From a virus: DNA of 64,000 nucleotides. Under the pieces are notes generated by a model. That model was not told where the DNA came from, did not search any database, and saw only the letters and a program-made list of their open reading frames with translations. The DNA is taken from the IMG/VR virus record IMGVR_UViG_3300019877_000058, positions 2,557 through 66,556 of that record; one strand, written 5' to 3'. Of the stretch, positions 8,221-16,410 are shown piece after piece; the stretch's first letter is position 1; each line of letters starts with the position of its first letter. Both the position numbers and the translations under genes were made by a program.

Positions 8221-8421
8221 TCAGATCGGCCCCCAGTCCTTGATATCCTTGATCGCAAAGGTGCGCTCGGCCTGCTTGTTGAGGTCCCAGCCGTGCAGCA
8301 GCCACTGCGGTTCCGGGTGATACTGATTGGCGCCGAACGCGATCATGATCGGGCGCACCAGGCGGATGCCGGTCACGCCCCTGTGGTTCGTGTAGGTGAA
8401 GGTGACCTCAGCTTTCCACAT
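8221..8421 (-). CDS. Stand-alone WYL-like domain protein
   Basis: 66 aa; FTYTNHRG..GIRLVRP....G...YHPEPQWLLHGWDL.KQAERTFA matches the WYL pattern Y....G....R...P........WYL.A.D......R.F. Confidence 0.75.
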   Translation of the reverse strand: MWKAEVTFTYTNHRGVTGIRLVRPIMIAFGANQYHPEPQWLLHGWDLNKQAERTFAIKDIKDWGPI

Positions 8422-8429
8422 ATCGGTTT

Positions 8430-8807
8430 TCACTTGCAGCCTCCGGCGCCACCCCCACCGCCACCGCCTCCGGAGCCCCCGCCAGAGCCTCCGCCGCTGC
8501 CACCTCCCGAACCACCGCCACTTCCTGCGCCTGCACCAGCGCCCGCCCCAGCCCCGGCGCTGGCCCCTGCGCTCGCACCCGCCGATCCATCGTTGCCGCC
8601 ACCGGCGTGCAGGCTCATCAGCCCGCGGCACTTGCCGGTGCGGGTATCGATCGAGAGGCAATACTCGACGCCTGGCTTGCCGGCGATCTGGTGACGGACC
8701 CGCTCATTGACGGCGATCGCCGCCTTCGGCGTGCCTGGAGGGTATTTGACCGGGGTCGCGTAGGCCGAGGTCGTGGACAGCAGAACCACAAGCATCACGA
8801 GTTTCAT
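8430..8807 (-). CDS. Exported protein with Gly/Ala/Ser low-complexity tail
   Basis: Signal peptide MKLVMLVVLLSTTSAYA; GASA/GA/GGGS repeats ending in GGCK. Confidence 0.7.
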   Translation of the reverse strand: MKLVMLVVLLSTTSAYATPVKYPPGTPKAAIAVNERVRHQIAGKPGVEYCLSIDTRTGKCRGLMSLHAGGGNDGSAGASAGASAGAGAGAGAGAGSGGGSGGGSGGGSGGGSGGGGGGGGAGGCK

Positions 8808-9520
8808 GTCGCTTCCTTTTCCAGTTTGAGGACGTCGTCGTATTGCACGAACACCTGCTTCAGCCAGCCGCGCAGCTTGCCGCCAAGCACCATCGAATCG
8901 GCGTTGACGAGATAGTCCTGGAACGGGATGCCCAGGCTCTCGACGTGCTCAGCGGCGAGCGCATCGAGTTGCGGGATGGTGATGTGACCGTCACCGAGCG
9001 CCAACGCATCCTTCGCCTTGTCGTTCCACTCAAAGAACGAGCTGTCGTTGATGTGGTTCAGCACCAGGTAGTGCTTGGCGCCGGCCGCGTCCGCATGCAG
9101 AATCCGGTTGACCTGGGCGATCTCGGCGAACGAAGCGACACTGGAGCCAATCACATGCAGCAGCGTCAGACGGATCTTGCCGGCGGCGACGGCCTCGAGG
9201 AAGCCGATGTCCTCCAATACGTCCAGTGTCGGCGTCAGCAGACCGGCCCGGATATCGATCAGCGTGGTCGGCGTCTTTGCCAGGCTATCGAACACCTGCA
9301 CCTGGCCCTTGCTCTGGGTAAGGTTGATCAGTTCGGTCTCCGGATGAAAACGCGTTAGCACGCCCTTCGGCCGGTCGACCGAGCGCACCTCGTAGATTTC
9401 GGTGTCGAATGGCCTGATTGGCAGGTTCCTGGTGTGGAAATAGGTCAGCAGCGTGCGCGACAGCAGCGTCTTGCCCACGCCTCCCTTGTCGGCGCCAACG
9501 ATAATCACATGAGGGGCCAT
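8804..9520 (-). CDS. ParA/MinD-family P-loop ATPase
   Basis: Deviant Walker A DKGGVGKT; FDTE; Walker B-like LIDIRAG. Confidence 0.85.
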   Translation of the reverse strand: MAPHVIIVGADKGGVGKTLLSRTLLTYFHTRNLPIRPFDTEIYEVRSVDRPKGVLTRFHPETELINLTQSKGQVQVFDSLAKTPTTLIDIRAGLLTPTLDVLEDIGFLEAVAAGKIRLTLLHVIGSSVASFAEIAQVNRILHADAAGAKHYLVLNHINDSSFFEWNDKAKDALALGDGHITIPQLDALAAEHVESLGIPFQDYLVNADSMVLGGKLRGWLKQVFVQYDDVLKLEKEAT

Positions 9521-9529
9521 CGGCTGCTT

Positions 9530-9844
9530 TCAGTAGTCGGAGGGGAGCTTGAGCCGCCACACCTTCTGCTTGCGCTTGTGGCGGTTGTCCAGCCCTTTGG
9601 TGTCGGCCGGCGCGCCCTCGGTGAAGAAGGTCTCGGTCTTGAGCTGGCTCGCCGGCCGGAAGCGCCAGTTCTGCCAAGCCCGGCCCGAGCCGTCAATGTC
9701 GACGCAGCCGATCCCTTTGGTGAGGGAATGGACCATGTAAATCCGATTTTTGATGAGCGGGTGCCGGCGATGCCAGGGGTTGGCAGCAAGGCTCGCGTCC
9801 ACGCACACCACCGCCTGCCCGACACGAAATATCATCGGCCTCAT
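9530..9844 (-). CDS. Hypothetical protein (FRVGQ.VVCVD, SH3-like)
   Basis: 104 aa from ATG 9844; ATGA overlap; GGAGG SD. Confidence 0.6.
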   Translation of the reverse strand: MRPMIFRVGQAVVCVDASLAANPWHRRHPLIKNRIYMVHSLTKGIGCVDIDGSGRAWQNWRFRPASQLKTETFFTEGAPADTKGLDNRHKRKQKVWRLKLPSDY

Positions 9845-10032
9845 AGCCTCCTGAGTGGCCAGCCATTGTCGATGGCGTAGCTGTAGACCCAAACGACCCC
9901 CGCCACGATAAACACTCCGATCCACGCCGCCACGATTACACCAATCCAGATCCAGCACCACGGCGACGGCACGAAATACCCCACCACGAAGCCGACCGCG
10001 ATCGACCACAAGAGCCTCAGGAGCGTTGCCAT
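9841..10032 (-). CDS. Small membrane protein (2 TM)
   Basis: Two hydrophobic stretches; 63 aa. Confidence 0.65.
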   Translation of the reverse strand: MATLLRLLWSIAVGFVVGYFVPSPWCWIWIGVIVAAWIGVFIVAGVVWVYSYAIDNGWPLRRL

Positions 10033-10382
10033 GTCATCCTCCCCGGTGGGCCGGGCTCATATTCGTCGACTTCGCTGAAATCCTTCGCTGCCTGGTCCCA
10101 AGCCCGCCGCTTTAGATCTCGTAGGTGAGCTTCCCGCACCGTCTCTTCGCCGCCAGGCGGCTTGACGTGTTCGCGCATCTGCTCGTCGCTGATGCCGCGG
10201 CGGTAGGTGTAACTCTTGTGGATCCGGATGCGGTCCTGGGTGAACGCGACCGCGGCACCGCCCTCGTTGAGCGCCACCGTCCATAAATAATCGTGCGGGG
10301 TGCGCTCGATCAGGATCGCCCGGCCGGGACCGAGCGGGGTGTCGACCGCGATCGGCTCGTGGAATTCGTGGAAGCTGCTCAA
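10017..10382 (-). CDS. Hypothetical protein
   Basis: 121 aa; TPLG.G.A......W.V.L pattern. Confidence 0.65.
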   Translation of the reverse strand: MSSFHEFHEPIAVDTPLGPGRAILIERTPHDYLWTVALNEGGAAVAFTQDRIRIHKSYTYRRGISDEQMREHVKPPGGEETVREAHLRDLKRRAWDQAAKDFSEVDEYEPGPPGRMTWQRS

Positions 10383-10756
10383 AACTCAACCACGGGGTCG
10401 CCGACCTCGGCATACTCGGGCCAGTACGGGAACGTGACCGGATGACGCTGTATGCCAGGCATATCGATATCGTAAACGCCATCAGCGTCCTTGAAGACGG
10501 TGCTGCAGCGGATGTTCTGCCACATCGGCCGCCCGCTCATTTCCGCTCGATCGATCCACTCGCTGTCGGCGCCGGTAAGCGGGCTCAGCGGCTTGCCGGC
10601 GATCAGGCGCTGCAGTACCGGCGCCATCGCCCAGACGCCGCCGCCGCTATCCCACCGCGCAAAGAACCGCTTGAGGATATCGATCAGGACGGCTGTGTCT
10701 TCCTCGCCGAAGTTGGCGGCCTTCAGCTCGATCTCAGCCCGCTCGATAATGCTCAT
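10379..10756 (-). CDS. Conserved phage hypothetical protein
   Basis: 125 aa from ATG 10756; SGGG...L..L...KPLSPLTG.DSEW....WQNIRCSTVFKD motif; GGAAGG SD. Confidence 0.75.
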   Translation of the reverse strand: MSIIERAEIELKAANFGEEDTAVLIDILKRFFARWDSGGGVWAMAPVLQRLIAGKPLSPLTGADSEWIDRAEMSGRPMWQNIRCSTVFKDADGVYDIDMPGIQRHPVTFPYWPEYAEVGDPVVEF

Positions 10757-10938
10757 TTGTCTGCCTTCCGCTTGAAGTCCTGACACCTGAATCGAGCATC
10801 GGTGGTGTCGCCAGCGTTGACCGATGACTGATGGCACTTGCCGGTCCACTTGGTTTCTTTGCTCCAGCCGGTGCAGGTCTCGCAGCAGTTCGGCGGCCAG
10901 CGAAGCCACGATGGCAGTATTTTGGCGGCGATGTTCAT
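10753..10938 (-). CDS. Hypothetical protein
   Basis: 61 aa; ATGA overlaps at both ends. Confidence 0.45.
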   Translation of the reverse strand: MNIAAKILPSWLRWPPNCCETCTGWSKETKWTGKCHQSSVNAGDTTDARFRCQDFKRKADK

Positions 10939-11354
10939 TTCACCTCCACCATATTACGCCTCGGGGTCTTGTCGCCAGCCGAGAGAATCTCGACGAACCG
11001 GGCGTCCGCCAGCACCATGCGGCGCTCGATCGGGATATAACCCGCCCATCTTTCCGTCTTGCTGAGCGCGACGTGGGGAGCGTCTGTTTTGCAGGGAAGA
11101 TCACCGAACATCATCCACGGCATCATTTTCCCAGGGAAGCTGCAGCTCCAGCGCCATGGCGTTAACCGCTTAAGCAGCCAGGCCAAGGTCACAGGGTCGC
11201 GCTGATGCAGCTTGCGGCCCATCACCCGCTCGTACTGGAGCTCGAACTCCTTGGCGCGCGCCTCCTGGCTGTCATCGAAGGCCTTGGCCTCGTCGATCAG
11301 CTCTGCCTTAAGGCGCACAGCATTCGGCGGCTCGTCGGGGAAAATTCCAACCAT
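10935..11354 (-). CDS. Hypothetical protein
   Basis: 139 aa in the operon chain. Confidence 0.6.
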   Translation of the reverse strand: MVGIFPDEPPNAVRLKAELIDEAKAFDDSQEARAKEFELQYERVMGRKLHQRDPVTLAWLLKRLTPWRWSCSFPGKMMPWMMFGDLPCKTDAPHVALSKTERWAGYIPIERRMVLADARFVEILSAGDKTPRRNMVEVK

Positions 11355-11537
11355 CTAATCTGCCTTCGGCGGCACGACGGTGACGTCTTCGCTGAAGTGC
11401 GAGCGCCACCATTCCGCAATAGCGAGAGCTTGACCATGCGCGCCAGCGATCTGCAATAGCTTCACCTGGCTGCCCACGATCACGCGATCAAGATCGTGGC
11501 GCGTCGGGGTTTTCGGAGTGCGTCCGACCATCAGCAT
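11355..11537 (-). CDS. Hypothetical protein
   Basis: 60 aa; GAGGAG SD. Confidence 0.5.
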   Translation of the reverse strand: MLMVGRTPKTPTRHDLDRVIVGSQVKLLQIAGAHGQALAIAEWWRSHFSEDVTVVPPKAD

Positions 11538-11642
11538 GCTCCTCTATGACTTTCTTCAGCTTCTCGATTGTCTCGCGCAGCCCTTGCGCCTGGCGCATGA
11601 CCTCTTCATAGGCCAGCTTGGTCTTTTTGGCGCGCTCGTCCA

Positions 11643-12056
11643 TCAGCTCATCCTCAGGATTTCGTCGAGCTCCTGGCCTATTGCGTCGAGCGCGGGGTCG
11701 CCGTTCGCGGGCGTGAGCTTCGCTCGCAGCTCACGAATCGCCATCTTCAGATTTCGGTTGCTGTTCATCGACTTGTTCAGCTGCCTAACGACGGCGGTGT
11801 CGACCCGGTTGGTGCGCGACTCGGTCGGATCGTAGATTTTGGTGAGCTTGCGCAGCTCCGGGCGATGCCAATACATCCGGCCCCAATGGTCGCACACCAC
11901 GGCACCGAGGCCAATGTCGGGCCCTGGGACGATATCGTAAAGCGCGATCTCTTCGGCACCGCGATCGATCCCAATCTTGACGACGGCGAGGCGTTCTTCA
12001 AGGGAGATCGGTGCCATCAACCCGACCCCACCAGCTTCAGTTCCGGTCTCGCCCAT
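11643..12056 (-). CDS. Hypothetical protein
   Basis: Up to 137 aa; start uncertain. Confidence 0.55.
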   Translation of the reverse strand: MGETGTEAGGVGLMAPISLEERLAVVKIGIDRGAEEIALYDIVPGPDIGLGAVVCDHWGRMYWHRPELRKLTKIYDPTESRTNRVDTAVVRQLNKSMNSNRNLKMAIRELRAKLTPANGDPALDAIGQELDEILRMS

Positions 12057-12556
12057 GTCGGCCTCCCTCGCGTTGCGTCGTCGATCTCGCGCACAATGAT
12101 CGCCATCAGTTCCAGCGGGCTCTGACTGATCTCGCCGGTGCCGGGGCTCATCTTGGAGTGATAATACGGCCCGGCCTTGAAGGCGGCATCGAGCGCCTGA
12201 GCATACATCGCCTGCGCCCTGCCTTCGGCCCAGAGCAGCTGCACGTCAAGCGCGTCCATCTCGAGCTGCGTCTTCACCAGCGGCAGCTGCGCGCGAATGA
12301 AACGCACCTGAGCCAGGAAATCCAGCGCCAGGTCGTGGAAGAACTCCTGCACCTCCCACATCAGCTCGCGCGGCGGGGTGCGGACCCGGCCACCCGGCGG
12401 CGGCGCCTGCACCACCATCAGCACCTGACGCGCATAGTCCTCGCTGAATTTGGTCGGCAGCTTGACGGTCGTTTGGCGCGCGGTGCGCTTGGGCTTCGGA
12501 TCGCCCAGCTTCTTCTTGGCGCCGCCACGGTGTTCGCCTTTGCGTGAGCCTGCCAT
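12017..12556 (-). CDS. Terminase small subunit-like protein
   Basis: Basic GSRKGEHRGG N-terminus; TPPRELM...ALDAAFKAGPYYHSKM resembles the recalled TerS-like TPLE.M...DAAKAAAPYVHPKL motif. Confidence 0.55.
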   Translation of the reverse strand: MAGSRKGEHRGGAKKKLGDPKPKRTARQTTVKLPTKFSEDYARQVLMVVQAPPPGGRVRTPPRELMWEVQEFFHDLALDFLAQVRFIRAQLPLVKTQLEMDALDVQLLWAEGRAQAMYAQALDAAFKAGPYYHSKMSPGTGEISQSPLELMAIIVREIDDATRGRPTWARPELKLVGSG

Positions 12557-12684
12557 CAGGATGTCGCCCAGATGCCGCCGAGGATCAATAACGCGTAGCC
12601 GGCAACGCCGAAGGCTGGATGCTCGGCAATACCGAGCAGCAGCAACGCGGCTGCGCCTGCGAGCACCATCACCAGGGGATCCAT
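12556..12684 (-). CDS. Small 2-TM membrane protein
   Basis: 42 aa MDPLVMVLAGAAALLLLGIAEHPAFGVAGYALLILGGIWATS; TGATG overlaps on both sides; below ORF-track cutoff. Confidence 0.6.
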   Translation of the reverse strand: MDPLVMVLAGAAALLLLGIAEHPAFGVAGYALLILGGIWATS

Positions 12685-12893
12685 CAGTACACCCGATCGG
12701 GAAATTGGATGCGGCGCGGCATCGCTTCGCCCAGATCCAGGTCACGGATCTCGAGGATGCGCTTGTGATCGTAGAGGCTGAACGACAGCACCCGCGGGAA
12801 CCTGCCGCTGCGACACGTCAGCATGTCGTGAACGGCGCGGCCGAGCGCCAGTAGCTCGGGCTCAGAGGCAGCCATGATGATCAACCTCGTCAT
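12684..12893 (-). CDS. Hypothetical protein
   Basis: 69 aa in the operon chain. Confidence 0.55.
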   Translation of the reverse strand: MTRLIIMAASEPELLALGRAVHDMLTCRSGRFPRVLSFSLYDHKRILEIRDLDLGEAMPRRIQFPDRVY

Positions 12894-13086
12894 CGTTGGG
12901 CCGATTCATTGCAACGGCCATGCGCTCGGCAGCCTCCAGCATCGCCTTGGCGATCGCCATGTGGGTGCGCTGCGGAATCTTGTTGACGATCGTGGCGCCC
13001 GGGCCAAAGCCCTCGGTGCGCCCGTCGGCCCAGATCTTGTAGGTGGTGCCGAACGCATCGACCACCATGAATGCGTAATCGTCCAT
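12862..13086 (-). CDS. Hypothetical protein
   Basis: 74 aa from ATG 13086; TGATG overlap. Confidence 0.6.
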   Translation of the reverse strand: MDDYAFMVVDAFGTTYKIWADGRTEGFGPGATIVNKIPQRTHMAIAKAMLEAAERMAVAMNRPNDDEVDHHGCL

Positions 13087-13427
13087 CAGTCCGGCCTCTG
13101 GCAATTGGGATGATATGATCCGGAACGCTTGGCGAGACTCATGACGTCGCGAGCATACTCGATATCGTCCTGGGACGCCGCCTGGGCATATTCGTAGAGC
13201 GCAGGGCCAGCGTATTTGTCCTTGAGGCGCATCACGAATGCCTCGGTCTCCGGCGTATCGCACCAGTCGAGAATGCCATGCGCCTGAAGGAGCACGAGGG
13301 CGCCGAGTATCTCGGGGAGCACGGGAAATCCGGCACTGCCCGGCGTCTTGCATTCGTCGAGCTTGCGTATCTTGATCAGCGCGTACTTCCCGTGAGGAGC
13401 ACCAATCACGCTGCGATCTAGCTTCAT
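13086..13427 (-). CDS. Conserved small phage protein (FVMRLKDKYA motif)
   Basis: 113 aa from ATG 13427 with AGGAG SD; GKYALIK...FVMRLKDKYAGPALYEYA...HPNCQRPD. Confidence 0.75.
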   Translation of the reverse strand: MKLDRSVIGAPHGKYALIKIRKLDECKTPGSAGFPVLPEILGALVLLQAHGILDWCDTPETEAFVMRLKDKYAGPALYEYAQAASQDDIEYARDVMSLAKRSGSYHPNCQRPD

Positions 13428-13492
13428 CGTCTTCTCCTGTCTCGACTTCCTCGCCGCGTGCGGCCTTGAGGTGTCGGTTGACGCTTCCAGCC

Positions 13493-13681
13493 TTAGACGA
13501 GCTCCTGGATAAGGGCAAGGATCGCCGCGGCCTTCGCCGTCGAGTCCTCGCGCCGGTGGCACATGTTGTGCGTCAGCTTGTGGTCCAGATCCGGATCCCA
13601 GCACTGCGGATCGATGATCTTCGCGATCAGCTGTCCCAGGTTAAGCGAATCAGCCAGCCAAGGCCGGTCACTTGTGGCCAT
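13493..13681 (-). CDS. Hypothetical protein
   Basis: 62 aa from ATG 13681. Confidence 0.5.
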   Translation of the reverse strand: MATSDRPWLADSLNLGQLIAKIIDPQCWDPDLDHKLTHNMCHRREDSTAKAAAILALIQELV

Positions 13682-13934
13682 CGGGCCAGCTCCTGGGCAG
13701 ATTGTCATGGGCGCGCTGCTCGGCGTCGTCATCCGCGCGCGGTGGATCTTCCCCACCCGGCTTGCGCTCGCATGTCACCACACCATCCTCGCGCTTGACG
13801 ATGCGCAGCCAGGTGCCGATCGGCCCGAGGCCGAGATGCGCGAAGATTTCCAGGCTGTAGCGCATACCGTAGACCTCGATAAACCCGCGCTCGAGGTCAA
13901 TCGTGATGTCGTGCTCACCGCTGATGATTCTCAT
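13668..13934 (-). CDS. Hypothetical protein
   Basis: 88 aa from ATG 13934; ATGA overlap. Confidence 0.6.
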   Translation of the reverse strand: MRIISGEHDITIDLERGFIEVYGMRYSLEIFAHLGLGPIGTWLRIVKREDGVVTCERKPGGEDPPRADDDAEQRAHDNLPRSWPDGHK

Positions 13935-14113
13935 GTTGGCACCTTGCATTTTGGGCAGCTGTGCACCCATTCGTTGGCGATCTTGCGTGTCTTCCAGCCC
14001 CCGCGCTTGGCCTCAGCCCAGAACTCAGCGAACTCCTGATCCCTATCGCTCTCGGTCACCGTGTCGCACGAATCGCATTCCAGCTGGATGCGGCCGTGCT
14101 GGTGATCGATCAC
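13931..14113 (-). CDS. Small Cys4 zinc-ribbon protein
   Basis: CDSC...GW......HSCPKC. Confidence 0.7.
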   Translation of the reverse strand: MIDHQHGRIQLECDSCDTVTESDRDQEFAEFWAEAKRGGWKTRKIANEWVHSCPKCKVPT

Positions 14114-14505
14114 AGCCCCTCACCCTCGGCGATATCCGGGATCTGGACGCAGGCGAAGCGGTTGCTGCAGGCGGCCCGATTGGCATCCTCCCGCGTCTCA
14201 TAGATTGTGACGAAGGAGCCGTTCAGCACGAGCTCCTCGCCTGGAGGCTTGGGCGATGGATAGACATTGACCCAGCCGCCCTTCAAGCTCTTCGGCGGCT
14301 GGTTCGCATACTCGCGCAGCGCGGCGATGATCAGATCGACGTTCTGCACGTAGGCGCGGCCCATCGGCTGTCTCTGTCCCTTGGCTTCCTCAAGCTCGCG
14401 CGCGCACCAGTCGGCAACCTCGTTGGCGTAGGCGCGCCGCTGGGATCCAAGCTTGGGCCGGCCAACGATCTCGCTGACCTTCTCTTCGTCTCTGCGATTA
14501 GCCAT
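14110..14505 (-). CDS. Hypothetical protein
   Basis: 131 aa; C-terminal GWVNVY...CVQI module. Confidence 0.65.
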   Translation of the reverse strand: MANRRDEEKVSEIVGRPKLGSQRRAYANEVADWCARELEEAKGQRQPMGRAYVQNVDLIIAALREYANQPPKSLKGGWVNVYPSPKPPGEELVLNGSFVTIYETREDANRAACSNRFACVQIPDIAEGEGL

Positions 14506-14725
14506 CGATTTTTCCTTTCAGGACACTGACCACGCGCGCGCGGACCTCGTTGGCAGTCTTGTCCGGCGATCGGTCGAGGCATACCGCGAGCAGCAGGGTC
14601 AGCGCGCCAATGATGGTGCCGTTGCCGGCGCCGGTCTCTTCGATCTCCTCGTACAAAAACATGGCCAGCTCATCGATCTCAGACACAGCCTCTTCGTACT
14701 CGGGCGATCCGATTTCCACCTTCAT
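14498..14725 (-). CDS. Small helical hypothetical protein
   Basis: 75 aa; ATGA coupling. Confidence 0.65.
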   Translation of the reverse strand: MKVEIGSPEYEEAVSEIDELAMFLYEEIEETGAGNGTIIGALTLLLAVCLDRSPDKTANEVRARVVSVLKGKIDG

Positions 14726-14940
14726 TGCAGGCTCCGGTCATTGCCGCCGAACATCGCCACGATCGTCTGCCTGCTCTTCTCACGGACATCGGGCTGCGCC
14801 CGGTTGAGACCGATCTGCAGCAGCAGGCATAGCGCCGACATCACGTAGCCGCTCGGCGTGCCATCCGGGATCGCTTCGTTGATCGCATCGGCGACCATCT
14901 GGACCCGCGCGGCGTCGTCGGGAAGGAGTGATTCGTTCAT
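14722..14940 (-). CDS. Small helical hypothetical protein
   Basis: 72 aa; IPDGTPS motif. Confidence 0.65.
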   Translation of the reverse strand: MNESLLPDDAARVQMVADAINEAIPDGTPSGYVMSALCLLLQIGLNRAQPDVREKSRQTIVAMFGGNDRSLQ

Positions 14941-14942
14941 CT

Positions 14943-15167
14943 TCAGCTCCCGTGGATCAGGTGGGCGTAACGCGAGATCAGGGTCCAGTGTTCCTTGATG
15001 AAGCGCGCGACATCGAGCGGCTCAAGCTTAATCTCGAACGTCTCGCCCTCCCAGTCGTAGGCGTGCAAGCCCTCGAGCAAATGCGTGTTGATCAGGCGCG
15101 TCAGATCCTCGCGGGCCTGGACGCGCTGCTGCGGGCTTGGCCGCTCTTCTTGTTCGGTGGTCGCCAT
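14943..15167 (-). CDS. Hypothetical protein
   Basis: 74 aa; TGATG coupling. Confidence 0.6.
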   Translation of the reverse strand: MATTEQEERPSPQQRVQAREDLTRLINTHLLEGLHAYDWEGETFEIKLEPLDVARFIKEHWTLISRYAHLIHGS

Positions 15168-15433
15168 CAGTTCATCTTCTTTCGTTCGAGATCCTCCAGG
15201 ATCTCGATCTGCTCGCTGTAGGTGCCGATCTCCTCGATCAGTTGGATCAAGACGTCACGGCTCGGCGTGCCTTCCGGAATGCCGATCTGGATCGTACCGA
15301 CCAGCACGCCAACCGCAGCGTTGAACCCGCCCAGCCAGTACAGCTTGTTCGGCGGCGGGGCGCCGGTGTCGGTCATGAATGTCATGTAGACGTCCCAGGC
15401 GCGCTCGATCAGGTGTCGCGGTATCTCGGCCAT
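15167..15433 (-). CDS. Small helical hypothetical protein
   Basis: 88 aa; W..Y......AP...GF.AA; IPEGTPS motif. Confidence 0.65.
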   Translation of the reverse strand: MAEIPRHLIERAWDVYMTFMTDTGAPPPNKLYWLGGFNAAVGVLVGTIQIGIPEGTPSRDVLIQLIEEIGTYSEQIEILEDLERKKMN

Positions 15434-15753
15434 CAGACAAACTCCGTCTCTGGGATCTCGGGGACGTGGGTGTATTCGGCCTCCAGCAATTGCAGGGCCT
15501 CCACCAGCAGCACGGCGTCGCTGTAGAGCACTCTGGTGTTGCGCTTATGCGAGACCAGCCCGAGCTGGGGATGCATCAGCGCGGTAACCAGCAGGTCTCT
15601 GATCCCCTTCGCTCTCCGGACATGATCGCGATGGAAGGCGTAGAGCTCAAACGGTCGGTGCATCCGGCCTCGCTGATTACTGCCTTTGTTGCGAATTCGC
15701 CTCATGAGGTCCGCTTCCGCAGCCTGCAGGACGTTCCTCGGTAATAGGCTCAT
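15433..15753 (-). CDS. Hypothetical protein
   Basis: 106 aa; coupled. Confidence 0.6.
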   Translation of the reverse strand: MSLLPRNVLQAAEADLMRRIRNKGSNQRGRMHRPFELYAFHRDHVRRAKGIRDLLVTALMHPQLGLVSHKRNTRVLYSDAVLLVEALQLLEAEYTHVPEIPETEFV

Positions 15754-16118
15754 TTGGGCTCTTTCGGCTCAGGGGCCTTATGAGGCTCAGATTCGAAGGG
15801 AGACTTGATCTCCATGATCGGCCGCAGCAACACTGCCAGGCGCGCGTTCTCATAGGCGAGCAGCTCCTGTCTGGTCCACCCTTTCGGGCCGACCGGCTGC
15901 ATGCCTACCTTGGCGCGCACCTCATCGCTAAGGATCTGGAAACCGCCATCGCGGAGCTCGTCTTCCAAGGCGCGATAGCACTGACCAATCTTGCCAAGCG
16001 CGACATCAGGTGGGTATCGATCAAAGTGCTTCTGCACGCAATTGATGACCAGGCTCATGAGCTGCTGGGCGCCCAAGCGACGGATATCGATCGGCCCATT
16101 GATGCTGTCGTCATGCAT
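15750..16118 (-). CDS. Hypothetical protein
   Basis: 122 aa from ATG 16118. Confidence 0.6.
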   Translation of the reverse strand: MHDDSINGPIDIRRLGAQQLMSLVINCVQKHFDRYPPDVALGKIGQCYRALEDELRDGGFQILSDEVRAKVGMQPVGPKGWTRQELLAYENARLAVLLRPIMEIKSPFESEPHKAPEPKEPK

Positions 16119-16119
16119 G

Positions 16120-16410
16120 CTAGCGCACCACGAAGCTGGCATCGCGTGAGCGCTCCAGGTCGGCGACCTTGGCCTCGAGAGCAGCCACTCGATCCTCCAG
16201 GGGACCATCGTCGTCGAGGGCGCCGGGCATCAGATCGCGAGGATCGCCAGCGGCGTCTCTCCACCAGCCTTCCTCGCTCCACGATTGTGTCGCTGGCGTC
16301 TGCCCAATCGCGCCCTGTAGAGGGTGATCGCCGCTCAGTTTGGAGCGTTCCGTGATGACAGCGACCTGACCATTGCGCATGCGGTACTGCTTGCCTGGCT
16401 CGAACATCAC
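16120..16410 (-). CDS. Hypothetical protein (GK.YR.RNG..A phage motif, C-terminal coiled coil)
   Basis: 96 aa; coupled. Confidence 0.7.
   Translation of the reverse strand: MMFEPGKQYRMRNGQVAVITERSKLSGDHPLQGAIGQTPATQSWSEEGWWRDAAGDPRDLMPGALDDDGPLEDRVAALEAKVADLERSRDASFVVR

Noticed and set aside
8430-8600. Microcin B17-like RiPP precursor
   Set aside because: Gly/Ser-rich, but it has a Sec signal rather than a RiPP leader, and there is no YcaO or other modifying enzyme in the window
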